This document shows positions 24,631-39,600 of a stretch of 64,000 nucleotides of DNA, piece by piece. The translations under genes were made by a program, and so were the position numbers. Source of the stretch: Lytechinus pictus (Eukaryota); NCBI RefSeq assembly GCF_037042905.1, contig NC_087259.1, positions 24,986,001 through 25,050,000 of the forward strand, given 5' to 3'. The notes beneath the pieces are model-generated. The model did not search any database. It was not told where the DNA came from and saw only the letters and a list, made by a program, of their open reading frames with translations. Numbering within the stretch: position 1 is the first letter of the stretch; each line of letters begins with the position of its first letter.

Positions 24631-27600
24631 GGAAAAGAGGAGATAATTAACACAAAATGAAAATTACTCGATGTGAATTTCAATAGAATCGATTTGAATA
24701 TAACTGCTCCGTGGAAAAGAAAATCAAGGCAACCAAGCAAACCCATCATCCAGAAAAAGAAGGCAGAAACAATGGTCAAAATGAATGTAGAATGCATACA
24801 AAACTTGGTGAAAAATTGATAATGGAATTTTGTCTCTGAAAATTTGTGAAGAATTTGATATTTTTAAGGTAATAGCAAATTTATCGTGTCATCAAAAAGC
24901 TAATTGTGCACTTTACACTCTGCTGTCTTATTGAAATAATACAATATTCCCGTAAAAAGTAATTTAAGTAGTATTTCCACTTCATGATCGAATGCATTCA
25001 TACAAGCAGGAGGTTTCTTCGACCCTCCGTTTATTTATTTATTTTCTTTTTATCTTGAAATGACAATACTTTAGACAGACACAATGTCAACAACTGAATA
25101 CCAGTAATGACAAGGGATGATTTTATTTTTGGTCTGGTTTGGTTTCGTTATATTTACCGTTTAAAAATCTCAACAAAGTACATTGTACAAAATATTGAGA
25201 GTAAATATATAAATACTTAAAAATATATTCGGATTGATCACTTTATTCAGAGCCATTGATATAATGACTCTGTTTTTCCTAGAGGTCCAACATCTATTGA
25301 CATTGCCTACCGTAATGAATCCATTATCAATTATTAATCATGCTCACATCGGGCAAATGATATTTTCGTAATTTGTCTTTGAAATATTGCATGCTTTGGA
25401 ACTACGACACCCAGAAACCAAAGCATGTGCCACATATCCATTGAGTAATACACTCGTAAATATATTGATACCGTAACATAATATCTATTATTTTGATTGA
25501 GCCGAGAAAAAATTGAGGTGACAGAACTAAATGGAAAAAATAGAGGAGAGATAGGCCTAATGAGACGAGATAAGCAGGATGATATGAGGATAAAAAGATA
25601 AAAAAGAAAGATAAAAGATAAAAATGATAAAAGAGAAAAAATGATAAAAGAGAGAAAGAGGAGAGAGAGAGAAAGAGAGAGAGAGAGAGGGGGGGGGGGG
25701 AAGGGGGGGGGGTGATGGAAGGCACAAAAGATAGAGATGAATCATGAAAAGTATTAGAAATTAATAATTGTTTAAGTAGAGATTGTCTGACACCACTTTT
25801 GCAAATTAGCCGATATTTTAATAAATGGAGCCTAAATTAAATGGGGTCTGTGGTTTGAAAAAGTCCGGTTACAATAAACCTAAACTCATTGCTGACAAAT
25901 TTTGTGACCCCGCCGCGGCAATTTTTTTTTAACTGCCCACTTGAAGACGTTTTATCTTCAATTCTTGCAGCATCGTTTAAGACCATTTTTTTTGGCGAAA
26001 ATCGGAAAGATCGTTACGACATGTCAATCCAAAATCGCGTGATCGGCAACCAAGTGGGCGGGCGGGGGTAAACCCACAGTAAAATCTTGGTCTGAAAAAG
26101 CCCAGTCAAGGTGGAGATTCAAATTTCAGCACATTTGACGATCTAGTTATCCCTTTTCGGGACTAATAGATCTAACTAAAATGTATTTTCCCCCATCAAA
26201 GCACAATAGGAAATCCTAATGTACATGCATAGAGCTATAGCTCCATGGTACATGTAAACAAATTCTGGTTTCTTACGCAGACTCACTCAGAGTTTCAGAG
26301 CATGGCTTAAATTAAACCAGACTTCTGAATATAGGACATTTGGTTTAATTGCTGTTTTAATCTCGTCATTACTTGGACAATTACCCACTTGTCATTATTG
26401 ATCAATGTCTAATGGCCACTTCGCCTAATGCAGTGGCGGATCCAGGGAGGCACATCTGGTCCTTACCCCCCCCCCCTTTTGAGAGCCATGATAAAAATTT
26501 TCAATGCAGATATGCCGTTTTTACCCAAGTGTGCCCCCCCCCTTGAAATTGAGGACTCTCTTTTTGCTTGTCAAATTTTATCGGGAAATTGTGCCCCCCC
26601 CTTTTTTTTTATAATGGATCCGTCCCTGCCTAATGAGTTTATCTATTCAAACTGATGACCATTTGGACTATATTATTTTGTGCAATCTGCAGGGAGTAAC
26701 ATAAAGAGATACACTTAAATGAACCAAAACCCATGGAGACTTATAAGAAAGGGTAAAATGAGAGGAACAACAAGTTTCATCAAAATCGGTTGTGAAATAA
26801 ACAAGTTATGGACGTTTAAAAAGTCTTGTACTTTATAAGGGGTATTTCAAATTTGCCAACATGCTTCAGAATAGCAGATTTTGTGGACAACTCTCCATTT
26901 GTTTTGGACACAAATTTAATATTTTCCCCATTATCTTTCAAATTGCATCTTGCCTCCTTCTGAGCAGAACATATATCATGGGAAAATATACTTCACACCA
27001 CATATGCCATGTTCAGGAGGAGATAATGTGAAATACATAAAATAAAGGAGAAAATCTGAAAATTTGTGTACAAAACAAATGGAGAGTTGTCTCAGCCATT
27101 TTGAAGCATGTTTGCTCATTTGAGGATCCCAATTTGAAATACAAGACTTTTCAAACTCTCATAACTCACTTATTTTATTACTGATTTTGATGAAACAAGT
27201 TTTAGATTGAACCTCTCATGTTATTCTTTCTGATAAGATTGATTCTCTCCATGTATTTTGCTTTCCTTTAATATAACAAATTTGTTGTATCTTTTGCAAC
27301 AGGTCACTGATAAAATAATGTTAGAATATGTGTCAAGGGGGGATGGGAGAAGTATTAATTAGACATAATGATCTTTAGATGCATTGCTCCCCTACAAAAC
27401 AAATGTTAGTTAGTTCTGTTAATACTACAGCAAGGTCAAAGATTATCAACCCTTAATGACCTTGGCCTTTTGACCTGAAATTACTTTATACCTAAGTTTT
27501 ACGAAAAAGGAATTTCTACTTTCAAGATTACCTTTAAAAATATAATTTTTAATGTTTGGCTTAAAAATCATTGACCCCAAAATGATCTTGACCTTATATA

Positions 27601-27653
27601 GTTATGTGACCTAAAATCCATGGCCAGTGAAACATGAATACCCTTATGCTTAA

Positions 27654-28197
27654 AGGAGAATGAAACCTTTGGAACAAGATAGCTTGTGTGAAAACAGAAA
27701 AATCAAAGAAACAGATCAACGAAAGTTTGAGAAAAATCGGACAAATAATGAGAAAGTTATGAGCATTTGAATATTGCGATAAAGATGTGTGATGTCACTT
27801 GTGAACAACTCTCCCAATTACTTTAGTATATATTTCAGTTAAAATGCCTCTTTTATCACATCTACTATCAGTAGATCATGTGTTCTTTCTACAGGAGGGC
27901 ATGTAATACAGATTTTCAAAGAATGCATCATGGATAGTTTGTATCACCGTAAGAAAAAGCAAAGATACATTTTTGGGGTATTTTATAGTCCATCAATGGG
28001 AAAGTTGTTCACATGTGACATCACACATCCTTGTCGCATTGCCAATAGGAGGATCTCCATAGCATTAGTGATTGCAATATTCAAATGCTCATAACTTTCT
28101 CATTATTTGTCCGATTTTTCTCAAACTTTCTTTGTTCTTATTCTCTGATTTTTCTGTTTCGACACAAGCCTACTTGTTCCTAAGTTTTCATTCCCCT
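27654..28197. mobile_element. TTAA-flanked Kolobok-like MITE inside a degenerate HINE-like copy (about 27430-28485)
   Basis: TTAA|AGGAGAATGAAACC ... TTTTCATTCCCCT|TTAA. The flanks resemble the 163-bp TGACCT unit and the GCAAGACAAAA end of the 5076-6249 element. A duplicated right end lies at about 28290-28332. Confidence 0.8.
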
Positions 28198-28759
28198 TTA
28201 AAGTGTTTACTTTGCCTTTTTCCCTTGTTTTTTCGAACCAGCCTGTCAAGCAGCAATCTGTCATAACAGGGACCCTATACTAAGTATAGTCGACATAAGC
28301 CTACTTGTTTCAAAGGTTTCATTCCCCTTTAAGTTCCATGAAATAGGTTCTCATAATTTCAAAGTTAAGACAGTTCAAAATCCTAAGCTTGATTAAATTT
28401 TACATTGACACGGCCACCATCATTGCTATGTCATCCGAAAGGCAGTGACTATGTCTCTCTTGTGCAATGCAAGCAAGACAAAAACAACACTTTGTGAAGT
28501 TTGTTTGGCTTCACAAGAGCACAAAATTTGCATCAACTCCAATATATCATTCTAAACTGACTGTGCATACCAACCTAGATACATACGTAATACCCAGAAA
28601 AGATCAAGTAGCATTAGTGTATATTCATTTTGTCATTTATTCACATCATATGCAGATAATATATTATTTCTGTAAACTTATTCACAATATGTTGTTACCA
28701 ATCCTAGTCATACAATGCCCTTAGCAATGGCATAAATCAATACTGATCACTCAAGGCCC

Positions 28760-29034
28760 ATAATAATAATATATAGCATTTGTGAGGTGCCGATTTATCT
28801 AGTTTCCTATTCAATGGCGCACTATATATTACCCCGGCTGTAGCTCCAGCTGCTAAAGGCGCTTGGTGCATTCAAGGAATTAATCCTGCCGGGTACCCAT
28901 TCACCTCACCTGGGTTGAGTGCAGTACAATGTGGATAAATTTCTTGCTGAAGGAAAACACGCTGTGGCTGAGATTCGAACCCATGCCCCTCTCATTGAAA
29001 GACGAGATTTGTAACCACTAGACCACGATGCCCC
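28760..29034 (-). mobile_element. tRNA-derived SINE
   Basis: Minus-strand head GGGGCATCGTGGTCTAGTGG (A box) ... GGGTTCGAATCTCAGCC (B box), core CCCAGGTGAGGTGAATGGGTACC, and an (ATT)n tail. Homologous copies occur elsewhere in the window. Confidence 0.85.
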
Positions 29035-30600
29035 CACATATACACTGAACATGATCTGGACCACAGAAAAGGATAATTTCCTTACATGATTGAAGAAAAA
29101 AAAGAAGGAAGCTAGGGTAGAAATAACACTGAAGCCTGAAGGTGATTACTTTCATATACTAGTAAGTACCCCACCCCAAGAAGACAGCCTAATTGCCATA
29201 ACATACCATTACCATTTCAACACAGTTTTTGACACATTCAATAATGTGTCTTGCAAGTTTTTACTCCTAGACCAATATGTGGTCGCATCTCAAGAGCATT
29301 GGGCAAAACTTGAGGAAGTAGTTCGATTTTAAATATTTGCATTTTGCAACCAATAGTCCTACTGCCCGCCTGCCCAACCACCCATCCATTCAACCATGCA
29401 TTCCTGTATACCACCTTCAAACTTTGGTTGGCAGAGGTATAATAAATTGTTTGTTTAACTATTGTAAAAGGATTGTTAAACACGAAACGTGTCCCGTATG
29501 TCTTGGTTGAAACCGGCAACCAAACTGCTAGATAAAACAATTTTAACATATATGAATGGGGACATGGTAACCTGGGTCAGATTTGTTGTAATGAAAGACC
29601 CTAAGAATTTGAATTCAACATTTTTACAAACTTACACAGAGCTCCAGCATACATAATTGAAGATAAGATTGTTGGAATATATTAATGTGTCACAGTTGCG
29701 GCCACATGTCATGAGTCTAATAACTTAATAATAATAAGTATTTCTAATGCGCACTTTCTAATGAATCATTACTCAATGCTCTACATATAAAATAAACAAA
29801 AACATGGAAAATTTTCAAAATCATAATCATCAAACTTAAAATCATAATTCAAGGAATAATGCAACATTTATTTTTGCTTGCCCTGTAAAAATACCCATTG
29901 CGTCTGCTCACATTCTCCAATCAGAGGTAGAAAAAATTATTATAATTACAAAAGCATATTTCTCTTTGTAACTGGCCACTAGGTTTGTAGCCAGGTAGGA
30001 ATCTTTTTTCTACAATCGGCAAGAAAAATTCAATGAAGAATATGCCTGACATATTTTTCACTGTTTTATGTTACTCCGTCTCATCAAAACTCTTTGATTT
30101 GACGGTATGACCCATCAATGTTAATTCATCTACTAGCACTGGAGATTCATTATGATCCATATGCCTTATGGCACTCAAAATAAAAAAGCTTTGGAATTCA
30201 TCCATTTCATAGAACAATTCATCCTATTTTGTGAAGTCACTCAATGTTGAATACTGAGATATTGGTCGACAACAGTTTGAGCACCACCATGCATTTATCA
30301 CCATGTTATTTTTTCAAAGAGAAATCAAAGTGATTAGAAATCTCATTTAAACGTTGCAGTTCTCCTAGCATCTCAATGTAGATCTTCTGATCAATTTTTC
30401 ACTGCAATGGGATTCATCATTCAGTTATCCACAGGGCCACAATGCTCTACAAATACATATCTTCCTGCAACGGGCTCCTGAACAGACAGAATGATATGGT
30501 TCACAGGTACCAGTGACTTTAATCAAATGGAGCAGCCTCATATATGTGCAATGATTTTATGATTCTAAGTTGATCCAAACCCACCGCATCTTTGGCTGTT

Positions 30601-33600
30601 TCAGTACGAAAGTGGCTTCTGTCCAAACACATGGTCCAAAACATCAGATTCTCGTAATATTCTTGTCGACCCGACGACCACCTGAAAATGAGATGAAAAT
30701 ACAGGTATTTAGTATGATAGATGGAAAGTTCTCATTTGGTCTACACCCGGTTTGTCTTTCTGTCCTGTCTCATCCCTCATAGTCAAATCCTAGTATGTCT
30801 ACAATCAACCATTTGGATAACTGCCACTTGGTCTACACCCAGTTTGTTTTCTTTCTGATTAGACTCATTCCACATGATTTAAAACTAAAATGCCGGGGGG
30901 GGGGGTGGAATTCAGCTGTGAAATGGGTCCAAATAACCCTGCTTTACTGTGATTTAGTCTAGTTTGTCTATAACCAGTATGTCTACTAACCATTTTGTCT
31001 AATTGCCATTTAGCCCATTGACCATGTTGTCTTATTTTAAGTTATTTTCACTGATCCCCTGCTATGCTATGCGCCTAACATCCACTTGCTTAACACCAAT
31101 TAGTCCATTTGATGAGACAAATTGCAAATTAATCACATTTTTAATTGCAAAATAATTAGTCGATGCAGTGGAAACAATACAAACTGAGCATTAAACTGAA
31201 TAGAAATTAGATCCCCCCTAAGGGGGTGTTGCAAGAAAATATTTGCGATCAATTGCAAATATTGTGCCACAGTTTTACAACTGACAGATCAACATTAGCT
31301 TTAGCAGATCAGATTAAACTTCTTATTTCAAGGAGCAGATTAGCAATCAATCACTAATTCGCAATTAACTAAAAAGACATATGATTGATTTAGGGAGGAA
31401 AAATAGACTTGCAATTGATCGCAAGTTTCTTGCAACACCCCATAAGTGGGTATCCAAGTGTCAATTTAACAACAACTAGACCTAATTGATAGTAGTCAAA
31501 ATGGGGTTAGCATATATATATATATGGTATTAGACATTTTGAGAAGACCAACTGCTTGTAGACCACGTAAATATAAACACAATATATGGATAAATATAAA
31601 CTATTAAAATTTTCATATTTTACAGTATGAAAAAAAAAAACTCTCTAATCTTCAACTTATCAATCTTCATCATCTCTTTGGGGGAGCAATTTCATTCAAG
31701 CGAGAATAATATCAATGCCCTACATACCATACTTGACATTGGCACTGTGGACTAAAGATGAAACCAGTGTATATGGAAGCCCTTGATAAGCTTTCATAAA
31801 CAAGCATTTGAAATTTGACATCGATCATAATCATTTCTTACCTGAGTGTTTGGTGATAAGGATGCTACCGTCTCTTTGATTTGTTTGACCTCGGAACATG
31901 TGACCCCTCCCACCATGAAGACGATGAAGAGAGGATGGTCGCTAGGGCGGGGCTTACCAACATTCATAAATAATCTGAAAACAAGACAGAGATTTGAACA
32001 TGATAAATACAAAAACATTAAAATAAGACCCCCCCACCACAAAGATGATGATGGGAGGATGATTGAAGAATGTTAGGGTGGGGTTTACCAACATTTATGA
32101 ATCACCTGAAACAAGAGAAGAAGACATGATAATACAAAATATGAGATATGCGCGACCCCTCCAAACATGACAATAATCAAATGATTACACGACACCTTGA
32201 GACATGTTTTTAAGTTTCATTGTGTGACGGGTTGGAAATAAAACATAATTATAGAGCTACAGCATCATCAATCCAGCAAACATGACACCTTCGTCCAATA
32301 TTTCATCCACGTTACTGATCTTACATGAGCATCCTTTGGAAATTATACTATTTGATATCAGAAGTATAATACAAAACAATGCATAATCAATCAGCCTGAG
32401 CATATTTTTTTTTTCAAATCAAACCACGATAAATATCCTTTATCTAAGAGGGCTTTCACAATAGCTTGTGCGACCACTTGGTCACAATATATGTTGCGCA
32501 GAATCGCAACGGTTGTAAGCAGTCGCACCACCAATTGTGAAAGGGGCTTAAATTAACATAATTCAGAACCATCCCAATAATATTATCAACATGGAGTAAT
32601 CTAGACACCAAAATTTTACCTAAATCCTGATTTGAGGAGGTCTCTGAATCCACTTGACTTGTATTCAATATCAACCAGGTCAGGTTTGGATGAATCAAAC
32701 ACACTCTTCATGATTTGTTTGACGAGAGGCGAGTAGCTCGATGGATGCGTAGCAGTACCATGAGCGAATATATCCCTGTAGAAATTTTTTTTAAAGAAAT
32801 CAAATTGCAGGGTTATCATTTTAGATCTAACATGACATTGGACAACGTTTCATGAAATTATTTGTCTGTGATTATCACTGACAATTGTTACAAGCTATTG
32901 AAAATCCTTGCATCTGATTGGCTGAAAGCAAATTAGTGAAAATCACCTGCTTTGTGAAAGGTGCTATCAAGGACGTGGGGTGAGTTTATCATCTCTTTTC
33001 TGGGTAGAAGTAAAGTTTCAAATTGCGTTTCAGGGCACATTTTGTGGTTCAAAAATCACTTCAGCCGGAAATGTGCTTGGATGAGAGATAAATGCAAAGC
33101 TGCTTTGAAATGCATTTGAACTTTGATCTGTTTCCAGTTTAGGAGAAAAAGCACAAGCCACATCAATCATACAGCCATGAGCCCACACAACCATAACAAC
33201 AACAATGACAACAGCAACAACAACAATAATAATTATAATACTATCTATCAGAGGCGCACTGTTATTATCAGGCTAGCTTTGGCTCGAACTGCCATTTTCA
33301 GCATTGTGCATTCAAGAAATTAATCTTGTTGGGTACCCATTCACCTCACCTGAGTTGAGTGCAGCACAGTGTAGGCAAATTTCTTGCTGAAGGAAAACAC
33401 GCCATGGCTAAGATTTGAACCTTTGACCCTCTAAATTAAAAGAGGAGAGTCAAAACCACTAGACCATGATGCCCCCAAAATAAAAAGTGTATAAATCATA
33501 CATGACCCCTCCTCCTCAGCTGCCCAGTGACAATTGCAGCGTTTTTCAAGTCATGACATTGCTTCTAAAGAAATCTCACTATATGATACTTACATGAACC

Positions 33601-36600
33601 TTTGTAGTGAATTCCTAGATCTTGCTATGGACTTGACTCTCGACATTATCTCCTTGGCTACATTCTGTGCTGTTGCTTCAGATCTCTCATCTTTTACTGT
33701 CAAACACAATAAGAATGGCCAATATTTTATGCCAAAATACCATTAAGACAATTCTTTTTTTTTTTTAACTGAAATTAATGTCTGCAGATTCATTCAAGTC
33801 AAGCCTTCAATTAAATTTGTTCTTGTTATGTTTCAAATTATACTCCAGTCCCTCTGGATAGGTAAAAAGACAGAAGGCATAACTTAAATGTTTAAGTATT
33901 ATGCCGAATTTGTGCAGCTCTGCAAGAAGGGATTAGTAGCCAGATAGCCTAGACTGTAACAAGCCCATATTTGATGTAAGAAAGTATTCTCCAGAAATTG
34001 ATCAAATAGTCACTTAAGACATTATGAACTATGAACTTCTAGTAAAGCCACGGCAGTATACAGAAAGTTTCCAAGGTGAGGTGGGGGGGGGGGGGGGGCA
34101 GGCATACATCAAATATTTATTATTACAATTGGGAGAGGAAAGTGATTGTCTTGATATCATCTTGATGTGAGCTGATTGGGGACAAAAGTTGGTGCCCTAT
34201 AATATGCAGAGGAAGCATGCGGTTTACTCTAATCTCAGATATTATTTCATAGTAATGATGTAGCTTACCCAATAACCTCACAACTTGTGAATCAGTTGGT
34301 GCTTGTGTTATGAGTTGACTGATATGTTTCTGTAGCTGGCGCTCTTCATCAAAGCTTGCCCCCGCTTCGTCCCCCATCAGTGAGTAGCCATACACCATCA
34401 ATTTCACAACTTCTTCCAGTGAGTAAGACCTGAGGAGTGTTTCACAAATATTAAGGAATGACTGAAAATTACACTTAAATATCCATTCCATTGTAGTATA
34501 TAATGTATCACTGCATTACTCAGACCAAGTGCATGAGACATGCTCTACTGTATATAAATGAGATTTCCTGTTGAATAACATGAATTGTAACTTTAAGTCA
34601 GACAAAACTATTTGTGAAACACCCCCAGGGAAAGTTTCACAAAGCTTAAGCCCACTTCAAGAAGTTGCAGTGAGCAATGAATTCAGGAAAAAATCCCTTT
34701 ACAATAAAGATGAATTGTTATCATATCATTATAAGAAAATCTAACATACATGTAGTTTAAGTAATCCTAGAATAGTTTTGAAAACTATAGCATGGAATCT
34801 AAATTCCAGTAATATAACAGCAGTCTGAATAGATGACATCATAATTTGGCCACCCATAGTTAAGCCATTTAGACAAAGGTTTAAAAAATTGTAAATATGG
34901 ATTACTCAAATCATAAGAATAATTTAGGAATATTGACATTTTAAATAAAATGTGTGATCTAGGGAGTATATGCAGCAAATAGTTGATCATCTGATCAATT
35001 TTTATCTGAGCCAATCGTATGGAAGGATTTCAGTAGCTTTTTACAAATAGTCAGTGAAATCACTAACTGTTTCATGAAATGCTCCTAAGGTAATCAGGGT
35101 GGACATTCTCAAAGGAACAAAGAAGATTGTCTTCCCATCCTCATAGAATTAAAAAAAAATACTTTTAACCTTAATTCATATAATAATATTACAATTTCTC
35201 ATACATAGTAAATAAAGTACTTATACAAAATAAAGTATACAGCAATATAACAAAGGAAAATAATATACATCGCGACATAATTTTTCGAACAAAAATTATC
35301 CTAACCCCTAAATACAAACAGAAAGCAATTACTTTCACTCGTATTTACCGTATGATGTAATCTATTCTAAAACATAAGAATTAAAAAAAATTCCAAACAG
35401 ATAATAAAAATCAATATATGAAATAATTATTTTAATAGAGAGAGATGTAGAGAGAAGGTTATACCATTGTAAAAAAAATATCTTCATATGTCATGTTTGT
35501 AAGACGGTATGACTACAGAAAAAAAAAATCTCTATGTTTATTCTTAGAAAATAAAGTATAAAGCAATCCAAATAAGGATTTTATATATAAAACATACACA
35601 AAAACAAAACAACAAAACAAAAACTATAATGTGAAAGAAGAAGCAGCCGAACTGCATATGCTACATGAAAGTACGCCCTCTACTGTTTAACAATGTTACA
35701 TAGAATTTCTATTACCTGCCCTGTTTCACTTGGTTCTGTAAAAGATCCAGGATAAGACTGGTGACTGAAGGGCCGTTCCCTTCTCCAGCATTCTGAAGGA
35801 GCATTTTCTCTGTAGTTTGTAAATCATCCCAATGAGAAAGGATCGGACTGGTGAGTGTCTGGACACAGGCAGAGGCTACCTGAAGCAGGGGACATGCATT
35901 GCGGAAGGCTGTGGGATTGTTCCTGTAGTGAGGGTAATGATGATAATCATAATAATGATAATGGTAATNNNNNNNNNNNNNNNNNNNNNNNNNNNNNNNN
36001 NNNNNNNNNNNNNNNNNNNNNNNNNNNNNNNNNNNNNNNNNNNNNNNNNNNNNNNNNNNNNNNNNNNNNNNNNNNNNNNNNNNNNNNNNNNNNNNNNNNN
36101 NNNNNNNNNNNNNNNNNNNNNNNNNNNNNNNNNNNNNNNNNNNNNNNNNNNNNNNNNNNNNNNNNNNNNNNNNNNNNNNNNNNNNNNNNNNNNNNNNNNN
36201 NNNNNNNNNNNNNNTAATAATAGTCAGTTTTACAGGGTGTCTAATGAAAATGATAAAGGTCATTTATACAGGGAACAATATACGAAACAGTAAATTTCAT
36301 ATATATCAAAAACATCATCAAACCAGTGACATTAGAAATCTTGAAATAAAAAATAATTGACATTTGAATGAATACCTTGATTATGTTTGCATACCACTGG
36401 ATGACTGGATTACACTGTTTGAAAACGTAGCGCAAACTAGCAGGTGTTATCCACTTCACATTGAAATAACAACTTGTAATTCATCCAAACTGCTTCAACA
36501 AAGTGCTATTTTCATCTTTTTAACTTGAAAGTTCTCATGTTTCTTTTCAAGCAGATGGACCTCAGATAAAGACAAAAACTGACAATGAAAATGGAACCAC

Positions 36601-39600
36601 TGCTAAGATTTATTATGTTTCTATTTGCTATAGTTGCCCATACTTGAAATTATTGAGATGAGATTGAAGTGAGTCGGCATTGATGCGTCCAATCTTAGCA
36701 GCCGAGGGATCAAAGGGAAGCTTCTCTCTCGTTATTGTCTCTACAACTCGTCGATTTACATCCATCAGACTTTCCTACATAAAATAAACACATAATAATA
36801 ATAGTAAATGCAATTTATTAGGTGCCATATCCATCTCGTAAGAGATGCTCCATGCGCACAAGTAAAGGGGAGGGGGCAAACAATATAACAAATTAAACAA
36901 ATAGCTAAAAATCATTGATAAAATGAGTTATAGAGGTAAGTTTTTAGCTTAATCTTAAATGTTTCGACAAACTTGCTATCCTAGGTATCTTGTGGGAGGG
37001 AATTCCATAGCAAGGGACCTGCATAGATGAATGCCCTTTCCCTCACTTTGTTTTTTTATTTTGGAACTGAAAGAAGACCTACATTAAGGTGTATTTTACT
37101 AAATGAATCTAACAGTGGTGTGCGCAAGACTAGCACTCACAGCTGTGCATCATTTGTATACTACTTTGATATTCAAACAACAATAAAAACGATGAAATGT
37201 AATACATTATACAAATTGCAATTAAGGGTGAAGTGCCAGTCCTAGTAGTGGAATTCTTTCATCGGTCTCACATGAATTATTATTCATTCCTGAAGTTTCA
37301 TCTACACATCATAACATGTGTATGGAATATTGTGTGATTCGCTTATGACATCCTCTAAAAGAGTGAAGAACAAAACTTTTAAAGAATAATGACCTTTTGT
37401 TTTGATGTGATGAGAGTTTGGAGTAAATCCTGTGATTGTTGATCGGCTGGGTGTGCCAAGCAACCTGGCAGTAGAACGCTAGGATTGTATTGACTACAGA
37501 GAGATGAAAACAAATCAATAAGGAACCTTATAGCCTTCATTAGGGAGTTTTCACAATCACTACCAAGATGCTTTCTGGAACATAGAGAATCTATTGTTAA
37601 AAGCCCTTCATGAAAAAGCAGTCTTTGTCACAAAATTGGTGAATCAAACAGCAGTTTTGTCTGGATAAACAACATATTTGCAATTTTTTGTCAGCTCTGA
37701 AACTTAGGATGATCTGCTGTTCCGGTTCACCAATTTTCGACAAAGACCTCTCAGCTGTTCATTGTGATTTGACAGGCATTTTCAATAGATTTACTATGTT
37801 GTAGAATCTGTCCCCATTGCAATTGCGAAAAGTCTATACAAAGCTATGGTAAAGGGTCACCAATGTGAAATATACTCAAGTATCCTCTTGCATGCCAAAC
37901 TCATAGAACCATTGATTCTTTGTAAAATTTTGAATGGTAATTTTCTAGATATTATAAGCAACTTCTCACAGCAAATTTCATTTTCTTTCAAAAGGTAATT
38001 TTTGAGCATATATCTTACATATATGATCTCAGTCATATTTTTAATAGCTTAACACATCCTAGGCATATATTCTGAACTCCATTTCAACTTAAGTCCATGG
38101 TCTAAATCTGTGTTAAAACTATTAAGTCATTAAGCGGGGATAATCTAAACACAGATACACACCATGTTCAGAACAATCCCCACTTACCGAGACATCCACC
38201 GGGGATCTGTGTGCGGCTGTGTGATTGTTCCAGTCATTTAAAATTTTGATGTTAACTCCCTGTAGCTTCTTTGTGATTGAGCCAATCACTTCAATATTCC
38301 TTGAAGGACATTGTGTAATAAACTGGAAAGTTTGTTTAATCCCATCTCATTTTCATTGGTCTTTTAAAAAATATTTTTTTCAACCATTTTTTTAAACTTT
38401 GGATTCAGACACCAATCTCTTAATTATTGACATGTACAAGATAAAGATTATTGAAGCAAGCCTGTGTGAAAATATTGTTCATTTTGACTGAGATGAATTT
38501 GTGCAGAGCTCTTGTAAAGTTTGATCCATTTCTTTTGGAACCAAGTTTACTTTAATCCCTAACATTCACTGAATTACACATTAATATTCTACCTTCCAGC
38601 AGAGCACAGGGCAGACATGTCAACAGCGACATCACAAGAATGGCCTTCAAGAGGGGTCAGGGCAGACATGATCCTATCAGCGAAGGAGTCTCTGCCATGT
38701 GTTGTGGGTGCTACCATGTCAAGGGTTCTGTCAATGAAGAGAATACTGGCTCGACTGTTTGCTGCCTAGTCAAAAAAGACATGATTTGCAATAAAATTTT
38801 CATAAATCTCTAATCACCATAAAATTATTGTTTCTTGAGACACTTTTAGACACTTTTAAGAGGAAGGTACAGGAAATAGAGATAAAGGAAAGTTAAGACT
38901 GAAAATAAGAGGGTGAGAGCTGGCAAAGGCTGATTGTCATCATATACATGTTATTATACACAACTGCACATAAATGAATGAGAGAGAGCTCAGCAAGAAT
39001 TAGTCAAGTGTGTGTGGTGTAACATACATCATGGGTTAAAAAATTGCCTGATTCATCCTCTCTTGAAACCCAACATGCTTTAATGATACACACATTTTTA
39101 TATGATTCAATATATTGAAGTCAAAACAAATTCCATGTTCTCAACTTTCACTATGTGTAGTGAAAAACATTTTTAAAAACCTGCAAGGAAGTCATATGAT
39201 AATGAAAGGCCTTATCAATGGTATTGTGCAAGTCTAGTCAGTATATGAGTAGAGTATCAGATATATGTATGCAGATTCAGCTGGTCAATGGGTTATGCAA
39301 TATCTTTTAATGAATACCACTTCAATCTGTATTAGAATCTCAACTTCTGGGTCAGGATGAAATCAAATACTCTTAGTTCTTAAATTACAATTAAAGAAAG
39401 AAATGGTGCATGCACAACAAATCTTTCTTCCAGATTCTTACTTTTCTTCTTGCTCTGGCAGAAATAAGCTGAGCTAACTCTCCTGCAATCAGCTGACTAG
39501 TTGGTCCCAGACAATAGATATCTTCGTTCACGTCAAGAGTCTCACACAGGCAACTCAGGGTGGACACAACCATCTGGAATGTCAATGACAGACACTTTGA

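Noticed and set aside
28960-29034. tRNA gene
   Set aside because: A and B boxes are present, but they are attached to a SINE body and tail and are repeated at 33400, 47720 and 57500. These are SINE heads.
38188-38299. Open exon-like segment in SCFD2 intron 6 (AAG acceptor, TCG|GTAAGT donor)
   Set aside because: At 112 nt it would shift the frame between exons 6 and 7, which already join directly, and the peptide does not resemble SCFD2. A poison exon cannot be excluded without RNA-seq.
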